From positions 4,240 through 68,239 of the forward strand of contig CBFCZO010000007.1 in the NCBI GenBank assembly GCA_965602675.1: 64,000 nucleotides of DNA, in the 5' to 3' direction. Within the stretch, counting starts at the first letter, position 1. Every line of letters begins with the position of its first letter. This document shows positions 28,988-38,618 of the stretch, in pieces. Position numbers and translations under genes: made by a program. Origin of the DNA: an uncultured bacterium (lineage in GTDB: Bacteria > Acidobacteriota > DATKUA01). Under the pieces are notes generated by a model, which had not been told where the DNA came from, did not search any database, and worked only from the letters and a program-made list of their open reading frames with translations.

Positions 28988-31138
28988 ATGCGCAATCGAA
29001 TTCTAGGTTTGTTGCTGGCAATAACTTTTCTCAGCATGCTTCCGTTGACTGCGGTCGCACAGGAAGAGGTCGGCGAAGAAAAGGCTCCCGAGCCCCCGCC
29101 TTTGACGGAAAAGCATCGCAAGTGGCTCGAAGAGGATGTTGTCTACATCATCTCCGACGTGGAGAAAGAGGCTTTCCTTGAGCTGCTTACCAACGAGGAC
29201 CGCGACGATTTCATCGCCGCCTTCTGGTTGGTGCGCGACCCGACGCCCGGGACTGAGCTGAACGAGTTCAAGGACGAGCACTTCAAGCGCATTGAATTCG
29301 CAAACCACAAGTACGGCCGCGACACGGCGAAACCGGGGTGGAAAACCGACCGCGGAAAAATTCACGTGCTCCTCGGCGAGCCGCGCTTCAGATCGGAATA
29401 CCCCGAGGATATGCTGATTCAGCCGACAGTGCTGTGGCACTACATCTCCGTCGACAAATACGGCCTGCCGCCCAGCTTCTACCTCATCTTCTTCCGGAAT
29501 TACGGCGTCGGCGAAATGCGCCTCTACAGCCCAACTGCCGACGGCATTAACAAGCTCTTCCGCCCGCTGCCTTCCTTGCAGGGGATGGGCTCTGAAGCGC
29601 TGACCGAGCTGCTCTACACTTCTGTTGATTCCGAACTCGCACACGCGGTTTGGAGCCTCCTGCCGAGCGAGGGGGGACTTGCGACCGAACAATTCATGCC
29701 CAATCCGCTCAGCTCGGAGATGATGCTGGCGCGAGTGTACGACGCGCGCAACTATCCCAAGAATTACGAGTGGGTTGACACCTACCTGACCATGGGCACC
29801 ACCATCAAGGTGGACTACACCTTCCTGAAATCCTCGCCGGATTTTGTCTTCACCTGGATTCTTAATCCGCTAAGCCTACCTGAGATGCATTACGCCGTCT
29901 TCCTGCGGCCCGATCAGTTCTCTCTCGGGCGTTACCAGGACCGAGTATACGGTTCCGTTACCCTTGACGGCTTCATCACCACGGAAGAAGGCAAGCTGCT
30001 CTCCCCCATCAGGGAACACAGCGAGTTCGATGTGCCTCCGAGACAAGTTGAAGACGTGTCCAAGCGGCCGTTCGAGCTGGAGGGAATGTTGCCGATCATC
30101 CCCGGCTCCTATCAGTTCACGCTGATGTGGAAAAACGAGGTGTCACGGCGCAACATGCCCGTAATCGGGGACCTTGAGATTCCTGATATCGAGTCCCTGG
30201 AAAAACCGATTTTCTCTCCCCCAATCCTGATTCTTTCCGCCACTCCTCTTGATCAGCAGAAAACCACGCAGTCGGTGCGCCCGTTCCAGATCGGAAGTTA
30301 CCAATTCACGCCGAATATCAGCGGCGTCGTTCCCCCCGGCACGCCGGTGAATGTGTTCCTTCAGTTGGTTCTGCCTCCCGCGAAACCCATGGTGGTGGCC
30401 GACTACAACGTTGAATTCCGTTTCTATCAGGAAAACGAGGAAGTTCAAAAAGTGGTCGAGCCGCTCAGCAACTTCATCAAGAACGAGATGTTGTACATCT
30501 CGACAGGGATATTCAAGCCCGTTCCTTCCGAGAATCTAACCTCCGGAGATAACATCCTGAAGGTGGCTTTGGTCAGCGGCGAGGAAGATATTGCAGTCAG
30601 CAAAGAACTCAAGCTCAAGATCTGGAGCAGGGAGTTGAGGGATCCGTTCGTCATCAGGCGCGGCATGCCGCCCTATTCCAGGGGGGCACACTCCACCATC
30701 AGAGCCGAGCAGTGGATCCGCCGCGGCAACAACGCAAAGGCGATCGAAATGCTGCAGGAGGCCGTGCAGCGCGAGCCGGCCATGACCGACTCGAAAATGA
30801 CGCTGATGAGACTGCTGCTCAAGGAGCGAGAGTTTGAAAAAATAATCGTCCTCGGTGAGCCGCTCCTGATTGAAAAACCGCGTGATGTCCAGCTTCTCCT
30901 GCTGGTGGCTTCGGGCTACTTCGGCGCGGGCAAGGACAAAGACGCAGCAAGGCTGCTGGAGCGCACACTCAGCGAGCAGCCGAACAACCTCCACGCCCTC
31001 AACCTTCTGGCGCATGTGAAACTCGCCGGGGGAGACATTGCCGGGGCGCTCTCAGCGATTAACCGTTCACTCGAGGTCTATCCCGAGCAGCCCAACCTCA
31101 AGGAGCTCAAAGCCCAGATCGAGGCCGACGTGCAGTGA
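28988..31138 (+). CDS. GWxTD-domain protein with C-terminal TPR repeats, secreted
   Basis: The GWxTD motif is present (…KPGWKTDRGKIHVLLGEP…), with a signal peptide and C-terminal TPR-like helices. The gene starts 11 bp after the upstream gene. Confidence 0.7.
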   Translation: MRNRILGLLLAITFLSMLPLTAVAQEEVGEEKAPEPPPLTEKHRKWLEEDVVYIISDVEKEAFLELLTNEDRDDFIAAFWLVRDPTPGTELNEFKDEHFKRIEFANHKYGRDTAKPGWKTDRGKIHVLLGEPRFRSEYPEDMLIQPTVLWHYISVDKYGLPPSFYLIFFRNYGVGEMRLYSPTADGINKLFRPLPSLQGMGSEALTELLYTSVDSELAHAVWSLLPSEGGLATEQFMPNPLSSEMMLARVYDARNYPKNYEWVDTYLTMGTTIKVDYTFLKSSPDFVFTWILNPLSLPEMHYAVFLRPDQFSLGRYQDRVYGSVTLDGFITTEEGKLLSPIREHSEFDVPPRQVEDVSKRPFELEGMLPIIPGSYQFTLMWKNEVSRRNMPVIGDLEIPDIESLEKPIFSPPILILSATPLDQQKTTQSVRPFQIGSYQFTPNISGVVPPGTPVNVFLQLVLPPAKPMVVADYNVEFRFYQENEEVQKVVEPLSNFIKNEMLYISTGIFKPVPSENLTSGDNILKVALVSGEEDIAVSKELKLKIWSRELRDPFVIRRGMPPYSRGAHSTIRAEQWIRRGNNAKAIEMLQEAVQREPAMTDSKMTLMRLLLKEREFEKIIVLGEPLLIEKPRDVQLLLLVASGYFGAGKDKDAARLLERTLSEQPNNLHALNLLAHVKLAGGDIAGALSAINRSLEVYPEQPNLKELKAQIEADVQ

Positions 31139-31164
31139 ATGCGTAATCGCTCCGGAGATTTGCA

Positions 31165-31212
31165 CGGAAAAAATAACAAGCTCCACTCTTATTAAGAGTG
31201 GAGCTTTTGTTA
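31165..31212. terminator. Bidirectional intrinsic terminator between convergent genes
   Basis: Perfect 13-bp stem AAGCTCCACTCTT-atta-AAGAGTGGAGCTT, flanked by an A-run on the left and TTGTT on the right. Confidence 0.75.
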
Positions 31213-31237
31213 GCTAAAGATCCCGATTTAACGTTTT

Positions 31238-32995
31238 TCAGCGTTTCTTCTCGTAAGTTGCATCAGCCTTGGCGTCTTCCCCCGACTTCACACGCACCTG
31301 CAGGTCATCCGGCTTCTTCCAGCCCTCTGCGCTCTTGAACTCGACTGTCACCTGACCCGGCGTCACGCCATCGGCAGTCTCACCGCTTGCGAACCACTGG
31401 TTGGTGCCGGCAATTCGCCACATGGCGCCGTTGTCTACGGCCCCCTTTGGCTTCAGGATTATCGTCAGAGTCGCTGCTCTCTGCTTCTTGTATGCTCCCG
31501 TGACATTGGTCGTCTCGTTTGCTTTGACTGCCACACTGATGTTGTCGGGAGTCTTCCAGTCCGGGATGTCCTTGAACTCGATGATCCACTCGCCGGATTT
31601 GATACTCTCCCGCATCCGGCCGCTCTGACGCCAATTGGGCGTCCCCACAATGCGCCATTCAGCGCCTGCCTGCACCGCCGCTTCGGGCTGGATGTCGACC
31701 AGGATCCCTCCGTAGTCCGACGTATAGCTGGCGGTGATCGTCACCGTTTGGTCCTTGACTATCCTGACCTTTTGTTTCTCAGGCGTGCCCCAGCCTTCGA
31801 TCTCGCTGAACTCCACCGTGTGAGTGCCGGTTGGCAGATTGGTTTTCGTACTGCCGCTCACGCGCCAATCGTAGCCTTCTTCGGCGATTCGCCATTTGCC
31901 GCCTGCTTCGACTGCCTTGCTCGGCTCGATGTTGACGGTCAGTGCGCCCTTCTCCATTCCATACTTACCGGTAACCGTCGCAGGCCGTCGGGGATCGACG
32001 ATGACGGTTGCGTCATCCGGCTCTTTCCAGCCCGCAATCGACTTGAATTTGACGATGTTCTCGCCTGCGGGTGCGTTCTGAAGGGTTCGACCGCTGGGGT
32101 GCCAGTCGTCATCTCCTTTGAACCGCCATTGTGCGCCGTCGGTAACCGCCTCTTTCGGCTCGATGTTGACGGTCAGCACGCCCTTCTGCCTGCGATAAGT
32201 TCCCGTCATATTAGCCGTCTGCCCGGAGTCGATACGAACCTGCTTGACTGGAGACTTGTCCCAGTACTTCACATCTATGAACTCGATCGTATAAGTACCG
32301 CTGGGAACCTCGGTTTCCGTCGTACCAGAGTAAAACCACTGCGCGGTCCCCTGGCGCCGCCACAGCGCTCCTGCATTTCCGGCTTCGCCGGGGTCGATGG
32401 TAACAGTGAGTGAGCCCCACATCGGTTTGTATGCAACACGGACCGCAGCGGTCCGGCCGAGGGGAACCCTCACTGTCTGCCCTGTTGGTTGTTCCCAGTC
32501 TTTGATGCTGACGAACTCAATCGCCCAGTCGCCTTCCGGAACGTTGTCCTCCTGTTCGCCGCTTCGCAACCAGATCTCGGTGCCCTCGCGCCGCCACATC
32601 GCCCCCGCTCCAACCGCTTCCGGAGGTTCAATGGTAACAATCAGCGAGCCTGATAATGATCTGTATTCGACATCCAGCAGGGCTATCCTGCCTCTGGTTA
32701 TCGAGACTCGCTGAGAAACGGGAGCCTGCCAGCCGCGGATCTCGGTGAATTCCACAGTATAGTTTCCGGGCCGGATGTTGCTGAGCGTCGCGCCGCTGCG
32801 TTGCCAGTCGATTCCGGCAAAATTGGCGATGCGCCACATCGCTCCGGCGTCGACCGCTTCCGGCGGTGCGATGAATACTCGCAATGACCCCGTGGACTGG
32901 GCGGTAGGCGTCGTGGCGAAAGCAGCCGCAGAGATGACGACGAGCAGGATTGCCGCCAGGCCCAACCTCGATTTTCTATTCAAATTCGTTTTCAT
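31238..32995 (-). CDS. Secreted surface protein made of seven tandem ~78-aa PEGA-like repeats
   Basis: Signal peptide, then seven repeats of the pattern G-L-V-I-P-EAV-AGA-WR…W-SG…PG-YT-EF-I-GW-P-Q-V (about 35% pairwise identity). Confidence 0.6.
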   Translation of the reverse strand: MKTNLNRKSRLGLAAILLVVISAAAFATTPTAQSTGSLRVFIAPPEAVDAGAMWRIANFAGIDWQRSGATLSNIRPGNYTVEFTEIRGWQAPVSQRVSITRGRIALLDVEYRSLSGSLIVTIEPPEAVGAGAMWRREGTEIWLRSGEQEDNVPEGDWAIEFVSIKDWEQPTGQTVRVPLGRTAAVRVAYKPMWGSLTVTIDPGEAGNAGALWRRQGTAQWFYSGTTETEVPSGTYTIEFIDVKYWDKSPVKQVRIDSGQTANMTGTYRRQKGVLTVNIEPKEAVTDGAQWRFKGDDDWHPSGRTLQNAPAGENIVKFKSIAGWKEPDDATVIVDPRRPATVTGKYGMEKGALTVNIEPSKAVEAGGKWRIAEEGYDWRVSGSTKTNLPTGTHTVEFSEIEGWGTPEKQKVRIVKDQTVTITASYTSDYGGILVDIQPEAAVQAGAEWRIVGTPNWRQSGRMRESIKSGEWIIEFKDIPDWKTPDNISVAVKANETTNVTGAYKKQRAATLTIILKPKGAVDNGAMWRIAGTNQWFASGETADGVTPGQVTVEFKSAEGWKKPDDLQVRVKSGEDAKADATYEKKR

Positions 32996-33185
32996 TCTTT
33001 ACCCCCGTTGGTTAAATATAGTTGTGGCAACCGATTGTATTACCAGACCCCTCGCTCGCTGTTCACTTGAATGCTAAGCAATTCTAACCTCCAGACTCGT
33101 AGCGTTCAAGGAATTCGGTGGCTGAATACTTTCATCAAGTGTCGCACTCTGCTTTAATTGGACAAACAAATTGCGGGAGGGTGCC

Positions 33186-34922
33186 ATGGCAATTGAAAAC
33201 GGTGAACCGAAGCGCGGGAAAGCCGCGATCTCTGTCCACAGGCGTGATTTCTTGACGGCAGTCGGCGGCCTCGGCCTGGCCTCCACAGCATTCCCCTCCG
33301 CACTTTGGGCACGGGCGCAGGAGGAAGGCTCGATCACCAAGCAGACGATTGTCGAAGCCGAGAAACTCGCGGGGCTGGAGTTCACCGACGCCGAGCGGGA
33401 GTTGCTGCTTGAAGACATCGCAGACCTTCCGAAAAGCTATGAAGAAATCCGCGAGCTGAATATCGGTAACGAGGTTGCCCCGGCGCTCGAATTCAATCCC
33501 ATCCCTCCCGGAACAAAACTTCCCGAGCAGCCTATACCTTCCGGCCCGCTCGATGAAAACGTCGATCTACCGGCGAGCGAGGCCGACCTGGCCTTCATGC
33601 CGGTGACAAAGCTCTCGCAACTGGTCAGGGAGCGCAAGCTCACCTCCACCGAGCTGACCGCGATGTATCTCGCGCGCCTGCGCAAGCACGATCCCGCTCT
33701 CAAGTGTGTGATCAGCCTGACGACTGAGCGCGCGCTGGAAGAGGCCGACCGCGCCGACCGCGAAATCGCCGCCGGCAACTACCGCGGCCCGCTGCACGGC
33801 ATCCCCTGGGGCGCAAAGGATCTGCTCGCCGCCCGTAAATACCGCACCACATGGGGCGCGCGGCCTTACGAGGATCAGGTGATCAATGCCGACGCCACCG
33901 TGACCGATCGCCTTTCCGCTGCCGGAGCGGTGCTGGTCGCCAAGCTGACGCTCGGCGCGCTGGCCTGGGGCGATGTATGGTTCGGCGGCAAGACGCGCAA
34001 TCCATGGAATCCCGAGCAGGGCTCAAGCGGCTCGTCGGCGGGTCCGGCGTCATCAACGGCAGCGGGCCTCACCGGCTTCGCCATCGGCAGCGAAACCTGG
34101 GGCTCGATCGTTTCCCCCTGCTCCCGCTGCGGCTCCACCGGCCTGCGCCCCACATTCGGGCGCGTCAGCCGCCACGGCGCCATGGCTCTCTCATGGACGA
34201 TGGACAAGCTCGGTCCTATCTGCCGCAGCGTCGAGGATTGTGCCCTCGTGCTCGACGCGATTTACGGCCCCGACGGCTTGGACACCACCGTGATTGACCA
34301 CCCGTTTGCCTGGAACCGCGACCTCGACGTCACAAAGCTGCGTGTCGGCTACCTCAAGTCGGTCTTCGAGCGCGAGCCGGAGGAGGAGCAGGCGAAAGAG
34401 GCCCACGCGATCAACCTGCGCACGTTGGAAGAGCTGGAGAAGGCCGGCATCAGGCTGGTCCCCTTCGAGTTGCCCGACTTCCCCGTCGGCGCGCTCTCCT
34501 TCATCCTCAACGCGGAGGCCGCTGCCGCCTTCGACGAATTGACCCGCAGCAACCGCGACGACCTGCTGGTTCGCCAGATCAAAGATGCCTGGCCCAACAC
34601 CTTCCGCCAGAACCGCTTTGTCCCGGCCGTCGAATACATCCAGGCAAACCGTGCGCGCAGTATCCTGATGCGAAAGATGGCCGAGGTGATGGAGAAGGTC
34701 GACGTCTACGTCTGCCCTCCCTACGGCGGCAACAACCTCCTGCTCACCAACCTCACCGGACACCCCTGCGTCGTCCTGCCCAACGGCTTCCGCGAAAACG
34801 GCACTCCCACCAGCATCACCTTCAACGGCAAGCTCTTCGGCGAAGCGCAATTGCTGGCCGTCGCCAAAGCCTACCAAGACGCCACCGGTTACCATCTCAA
34901 GCACCCGCCGCTGTTTATTTGA
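33186..34922 (+). CDS. Amidase-signature family amidase, Tat-secreted
   Basis: Twin-arginine signal (HRRDFLTAVGGLGLA) and the amidase-signature Gly/Ser-rich region (…GSSGSSAGPASSTAAG…). The ATG at 33186 sits behind GGGAGG. The terminator hairpin is at 34935-34975. Confidence 0.8.
   Translation: MAIENGEPKRGKAAISVHRRDFLTAVGGLGLASTAFPSALWARAQEEGSITKQTIVEAEKLAGLEFTDAERELLLEDIADLPKSYEEIRELNIGNEVAPALEFNPIPPGTKLPEQPIPSGPLDENVDLPASEADLAFMPVTKLSQLVRERKLTSTELTAMYLARLRKHDPALKCVISLTTERALEEADRADREIAAGNYRGPLHGIPWGAKDLLAARKYRTTWGARPYEDQVINADATVTDRLSAAGAVLVAKLTLGALAWGDVWFGGKTRNPWNPEQGSSGSSAGPASSTAAGLTGFAIGSETWGSIVSPCSRCGSTGLRPTFGRVSRHGAMALSWTMDKLGPICRSVEDCALVLDAIYGPDGLDTTVIDHPFAWNRDLDVTKLRVGYLKSVFEREPEEEQAKEAHAINLRTLEELEKAGIRLVPFELPDFPVGALSFILNAEAAAAFDELTRSNRDDLLVRQIKDAWPNTFRQNRFVPAVEYIQANRARSILMRKMAEVMEKVDVYVCPPYGGNNLLLTNLTGHPCVVLPNGFRENGTPTSITFNGKLFGEAQLLAVAKAYQDATGYHLKHPPLFI
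34861..34907 (+). repeat. Direct repeat copy A, the authentic 3' end of the amidase CDS. Its partner is at 36131-36177.
   Basis: 47 bp, 39/47 identical to copy B. The differences are mostly at synonymous codon positions. Confidence 0.7.
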
Positions 34923-35209
34923 GCGTGAAAAAAATTACGCCGCGGATCGGGTCACACCGGTCCGCGGCGGTTTCTATAACAACGGAGGTTCGATTTACTT
35001 CACTTCGGCACTTCAAAGAACTTATCGTCCAAAGGCTCGTTGAACTTTAGTTCTTCAACAAGGATGGTGAGGCCCGCGGTGGTGTAAATCTTGAACGAAT
35101 CAACGAGGGTGTTGACTGATGCGGGCTATTCCACGATAACGACGAACCTCAGGCAGCAAATCACGCAGAGTATGTTTGGATAATAATCGTGATAATTATT
35201 TAAATCGCT

Positions 35210-35863
35210 TTATCTCATATTCAATCCTCTCTTCTTGATTCCATAATCATAAGTATCATCTTCACCGATCACATATACAGTGAAATAGTCTTCTCTATGT
35301 GGAAATGTATTCCATTCGAAATAACCTATCACACTTGATGATGTCACCTCGAATCCAAACGCATTAATGTACATGTGAGGAATAACTACAGTATCAATTG
35401 GTCTGATAGGATTGTCTAAATCGTTGTCTACAACAATGACAATGCCCAGTGCATGACGCTGATACAGGATGTAGCCTCCACTCATTTGGGGATAGGGTGC
35501 CCAGACCTCTACGGCCGCAACGTTCCTCGAGTACTTTTTGATATCATCCTCAGACAACTCAAAATCAGTAAATTTTTTTAACGCTCTCCTCTGAGCCAAG
35601 GCCACCTCTTTCGTAAGGGTTTGTATGGGTCCGAGAAAATAGAATCTGAAATCGGAATTAACAACACCATACTGAAACTCCGCATTCAATTTGTCGTATA
35701 TTTTGAAACGATTATGCAAAACTGCTTTTGAGTGTCCCAATAGTTTCCCTGCTTCAATTGCCTTCTCAACCTCTTCCTGCGGCGGGTAGACCTGAGAAAA
35801 TACTGATTGAGAGGCCACAGCAAAACAAACAATGAACGTCGCGATCACGAGTAATCTTTTCAT
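35210..35863 (-). CDS. Hypothetical secreted protein encoded in a low-GC insert
   Basis: Signal peptide (MKRLLVIATFIVCFAVASQSVFSQ). Base composition is markedly lower-GC than the flanks, and no family was recognised. Confidence 0.6.
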   Translation of the reverse strand: MKRLLVIATFIVCFAVASQSVFSQVYPPQEEVEKAIEAGKLLGHSKAVLHNRFKIYDKLNAEFQYGVVNSDFRFYFLGPIQTLTKEVALAQRRALKKFTDFELSEDDIKKYSRNVAAVEVWAPYPQMSGGYILYQRHALGIVIVVDNDLDNPIRPIDTVVIPHMYINAFGFEVTSSSVIGYFEWNTFPHREDYFTVYVIGEDDTYDYGIKKRGLNMR

Positions 35864-36130
35864 GACACACCCCCATCTAAAGACGATCTAGTATTATCAC
35901 ATCAGGCTAACAGTCACCGCACGCAACAGCAAGGGAATAAATATGCACTTTTAAATTTCTCAGAGTTTTATTATAAACGTCACATTCAATGTTTCTGATG
36001 GAAAATTCTTGTTAGTAACACACTATTCATTTCACAAGCTGATGTGATTAGATCGAACCTCTCGATAAACAAAAAGAGATGGTAGCTTTAACAATGGCAA
36101 AGTAGTAAGCAGTTGACTAGCTGTAGGCTG

Positions 36131-36177
36131 TAGCCAAGGCCTACTAGAACGCCACTGGCTACCACCTCAAGCACCCG
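36131..36177 (+). repeat. Direct repeat copy B, a diverged pseudo-copy of the amidase 3' end (encodes AKAY*NATGYHLKHP*)
   Basis: Same frame and peptide as the amidase C-terminus, but with an internal TAG. Weaker homology extends back to about 36108. Confidence 0.7.
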
Positions 36178-36236
36178 TAGACGCATTATTGCTCAATGGG
36201 CCTCCGGGCGCCTGCATGCAACACAAATCAAGAATG

Positions 36237-38006
36237 CTATTCCCCGTTTTTTTCAAACACCACCTTGCCGTCGACGATCGTCATCACAACGTTCATCTTG
36301 AGGATATCTTTCGGGTCGCACTTCATCAGGTTGAGATCGCAGACGGTGATGTCGGCCAGCTTGCCCTCCTTGATCGAGCCGCGCACTTCGTCCTCAAAAG
36401 CGGCGTAGGCGTTGTTGATCGTGTAGGCCTTGAGCGCCTCGTGAACGGAGATTTTCTGCTCGGGGAACCAGCCGCCCTCGGGCGTGCCGTTGAGCGTCGT
36501 GCGGTTGACGGCGGCGTTGATCAGGTACTTCGGGTGGACGTGGTACTCCGCCGCCGAGGTGCCGGGCCAGTCGGAACCGAAGGAAAGGATGGCGCCGTTG
36601 TCGAGCAGCGAATTGAACGCGTAGGCTCCCTTGCAGCGCTCGTGGCCGATGCGTTCCTTCATCCAGCGCATGTCGTCCGAGAGGTGGTAGGGGTTGACCT
36701 CGGCGATCACATTGAGGGTTCTGAAGCGTGAGAAATCGTCGGGGCGCAGCACCTGCGCGTGGATCACGCGGAAGCCGCGCAGATCCTGCCCCGTTTCGTC
36801 TCTGAGGCGTTCTATACAGTCGAGCAGCAGGGCGCAACCCCTGTCGCCGATGGCATGGACGTTGGCGACGAAGCCGGCGTTGTAGCCGACCTTCAGCAGC
36901 TCGTACATCTTCTCCATGTTACCGGTCACGAAATCAGGATCGTCGCTGGTGTGGCGGCGGTAGTGGCCGTAGTTGTCGGGCTGATCATCGTAAGGCTCGA
37001 AGAACAGGGCGCCGTGGGTGCCCATGATGCCGTCGACGTAGCCCTTGAGCGCGCCGTAACGCAGCCACGGATCGGGCTCCTTCGTCTCTGGGTGCAGGCC
37101 CATCGTCAGGCCCTTCTCTTGCAGCTCGGCACCGCGGGAAAGGTCGGGGCGCAGCCAGACGCGGCAGGTCAGCTCGCCGGCCTTCTGCAACTCCAGGAAG
37201 CGCGCGGTTTGTTCGGCAGTCGCGATATCCTGAACCTCGACGATGCCACACTCCGCCAGCTTTTTCAGGGCGGCGCGGTTTTCGTCGAGCAAACGCTTGC
37301 GCGACTTCGGCTTGACAACCTCACGGATTTGCTCCAACGCTGGAGAGGCGCGCTCGATCAACCCCGAGGGCCTGCCTTGCTCATCGAGCCGCATACCAGG
37401 CAGGCGCGACTCCTCCAGCCCCGCAGCCAGCAGCGCGGGCGTGTTGGCGAGATACAATTCATAGTCGAAACTGCAGAGCAGGCAGGGATTGCTAGCCGTG
37501 ATCTCATCTATCAGCCAACGGGTGGGTTGCCAGCGCTCCGTCTTCTTTTCCCCTGAAGTCTCGGCACCCAACGCCCACTCCTCGTAGGCTCCCCAGAGGC
37601 CGCCGGTAATCCATTCGCCGTCTTCGAGGATCCCGACCACGCGCTCCATCTCCGCGCGCAGGCCTTCATCATCGGCGACGGTCATCAGGTTGGCGTCGTT
37701 GATCAGCTCGCCCGCGCGGTTGAAATGCACGTGCCCGTCGATAAAACCGGGCACGACGAAGTCGCCGCCCAGGTCGACGACGCGCGTCCCCTCGCCAACA
37801 TATTTCCGCGCCTCGCCGTCGCTGTCGAGCACGGCCGAGATCTTATTGCCCGTAATCACGACAGCTCTAGCCCACTCGTGGCTCGTTTCCATCGTGTAGA
37901 CCTCGCCGTTGAGCAGCACGATGTCGGCCCTTTCAACACCCGGCGAGCAGGCCGCTAACAGAATGATCGCGGTAAAGAAGATCCCCAGCAAACAAGCGAA
38001 CCTCAT
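36237..38006 (-). CDS. Amidohydrolase-family metal-dependent hydrolase, lipoprotein
   Basis: Lipobox LLAAC. N-terminal metal-binding motif (…DLGGDFVVPGFIDGHVHF…). 589 aa. A GGAGGTGG ribosome-binding site precedes the ATG. Confidence 0.8.
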   Translation of the reverse strand: MRFACLLGIFFTAIILLAACSPGVERADIVLLNGEVYTMETSHEWARAVVITGNKISAVLDSDGEARKYVGEGTRVVDLGGDFVVPGFIDGHVHFNRAGELINDANLMTVADDEGLRAEMERVVGILEDGEWITGGLWGAYEEWALGAETSGEKKTERWQPTRWLIDEITASNPCLLCSFDYELYLANTPALLAAGLEESRLPGMRLDEQGRPSGLIERASPALEQIREVVKPKSRKRLLDENRAALKKLAECGIVEVQDIATAEQTARFLELQKAGELTCRVWLRPDLSRGAELQEKGLTMGLHPETKEPDPWLRYGALKGYVDGIMGTHGALFFEPYDDQPDNYGHYRRHTSDDPDFVTGNMEKMYELLKVGYNAGFVANVHAIGDRGCALLLDCIERLRDETGQDLRGFRVIHAQVLRPDDFSRFRTLNVIAEVNPYHLSDDMRWMKERIGHERCKGAYAFNSLLDNGAILSFGSDWPGTSAAEYHVHPKYLINAAVNRTTLNGTPEGGWFPEQKISVHEALKAYTINNAYAAFEDEVRGSIKEGKLADITVCDLNLMKCDPKDILKMNVVMTIVDGKVVFEKNGE

Positions 38007-38225
38007 GAGTCCACCTCCACCCGGTTTTTATAACGCTCTAGTTTTTGCGACCTCGAGCGTAATTGTCAATAGGACGGGCGGCCTGCCTGGTCTACCATTC
38101 AGGAACTGACGTGCCTGAGATGTAAGGATAGTTAATCAGAGGAGTTTAATAGCAAAAGCAAACCGGCCCGCGGTCGAATTGGGGGACCTCGGGCCGGAAT
38201 CTTTCACTGCCTGGAAAACAGGAAG

Positions 38226-38618
38226 TCAGACAGCTAAAGCCTGTTCCGGTTTATCCATGACTTCCTTGAACTGCTTGACGGCCTCGACGACATGCGTCGC
38301 ATAGATCATCGAGGGGCCGCCGCCCATCAGCATCGCCACGCCGAGGGCATCCATGATCTCCTCCTCGGTTGCGCCGGCGAGCAGGGCGTCATGGGTGTGA
38401 AAAGCGATGCAGCCGTCGCAGCGGACCGTGACGGCGATCGCCAGAGCGATCAGTTCCTTGGTCTTCGCATTGAGAGCGCCATCGGTGGCGTTGGCGTGAT
38501 GCAGCGAGCCGAAGGCCTTCATCGTCATGGGTTGGCCGTTGGCGAGCATCTGCTGGAAGGTTTTAATGTGATCAAGCTGATCGGGGTAATTCTTTGCTAC
38601 CGCTCTATCTTCAGCCAT
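38226..38618 (-). CDS. Carboxymuconolactone decarboxylase / AhpD-like family protein
   Basis: Catalytic CxxCxxxH motif (RCDGCIAFH). The start is the ATG at 38618 behind AGGAGG; the longer ORF in the six-frame track lacks a ribosome-binding site. A downstream terminator hairpin lies at about 38150-38197. Confidence 0.75.
   Translation of the reverse strand: MAEDRAVAKNYPDQLDHIKTFQQMLANGQPMTMKAFGSLHHANATDGALNAKTKELIALAIAVTVRCDGCIAFHTHDALLAGATEEEIMDALGVAMLMGGGPSMIYATHVVEAVKQFKEVMDKPEQALAV

Noticed and set aside
33171-33185. TTG start of the amidase ORF as listed in the six-frame track
   Set aside because: The ATG at 33186 lies 5 nt after a GGGAGG Shine-Dalgarno sequence and immediately precedes the twin-arginine signal; the TTG has no ribosome-binding site.
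34975-34995. tRNA-like T-loop string GGAGGTTCGATTT
   Set aside because: No acceptor stem, D-arm or anticodon arm can be built around it. The context is the amidase terminator and the insert.
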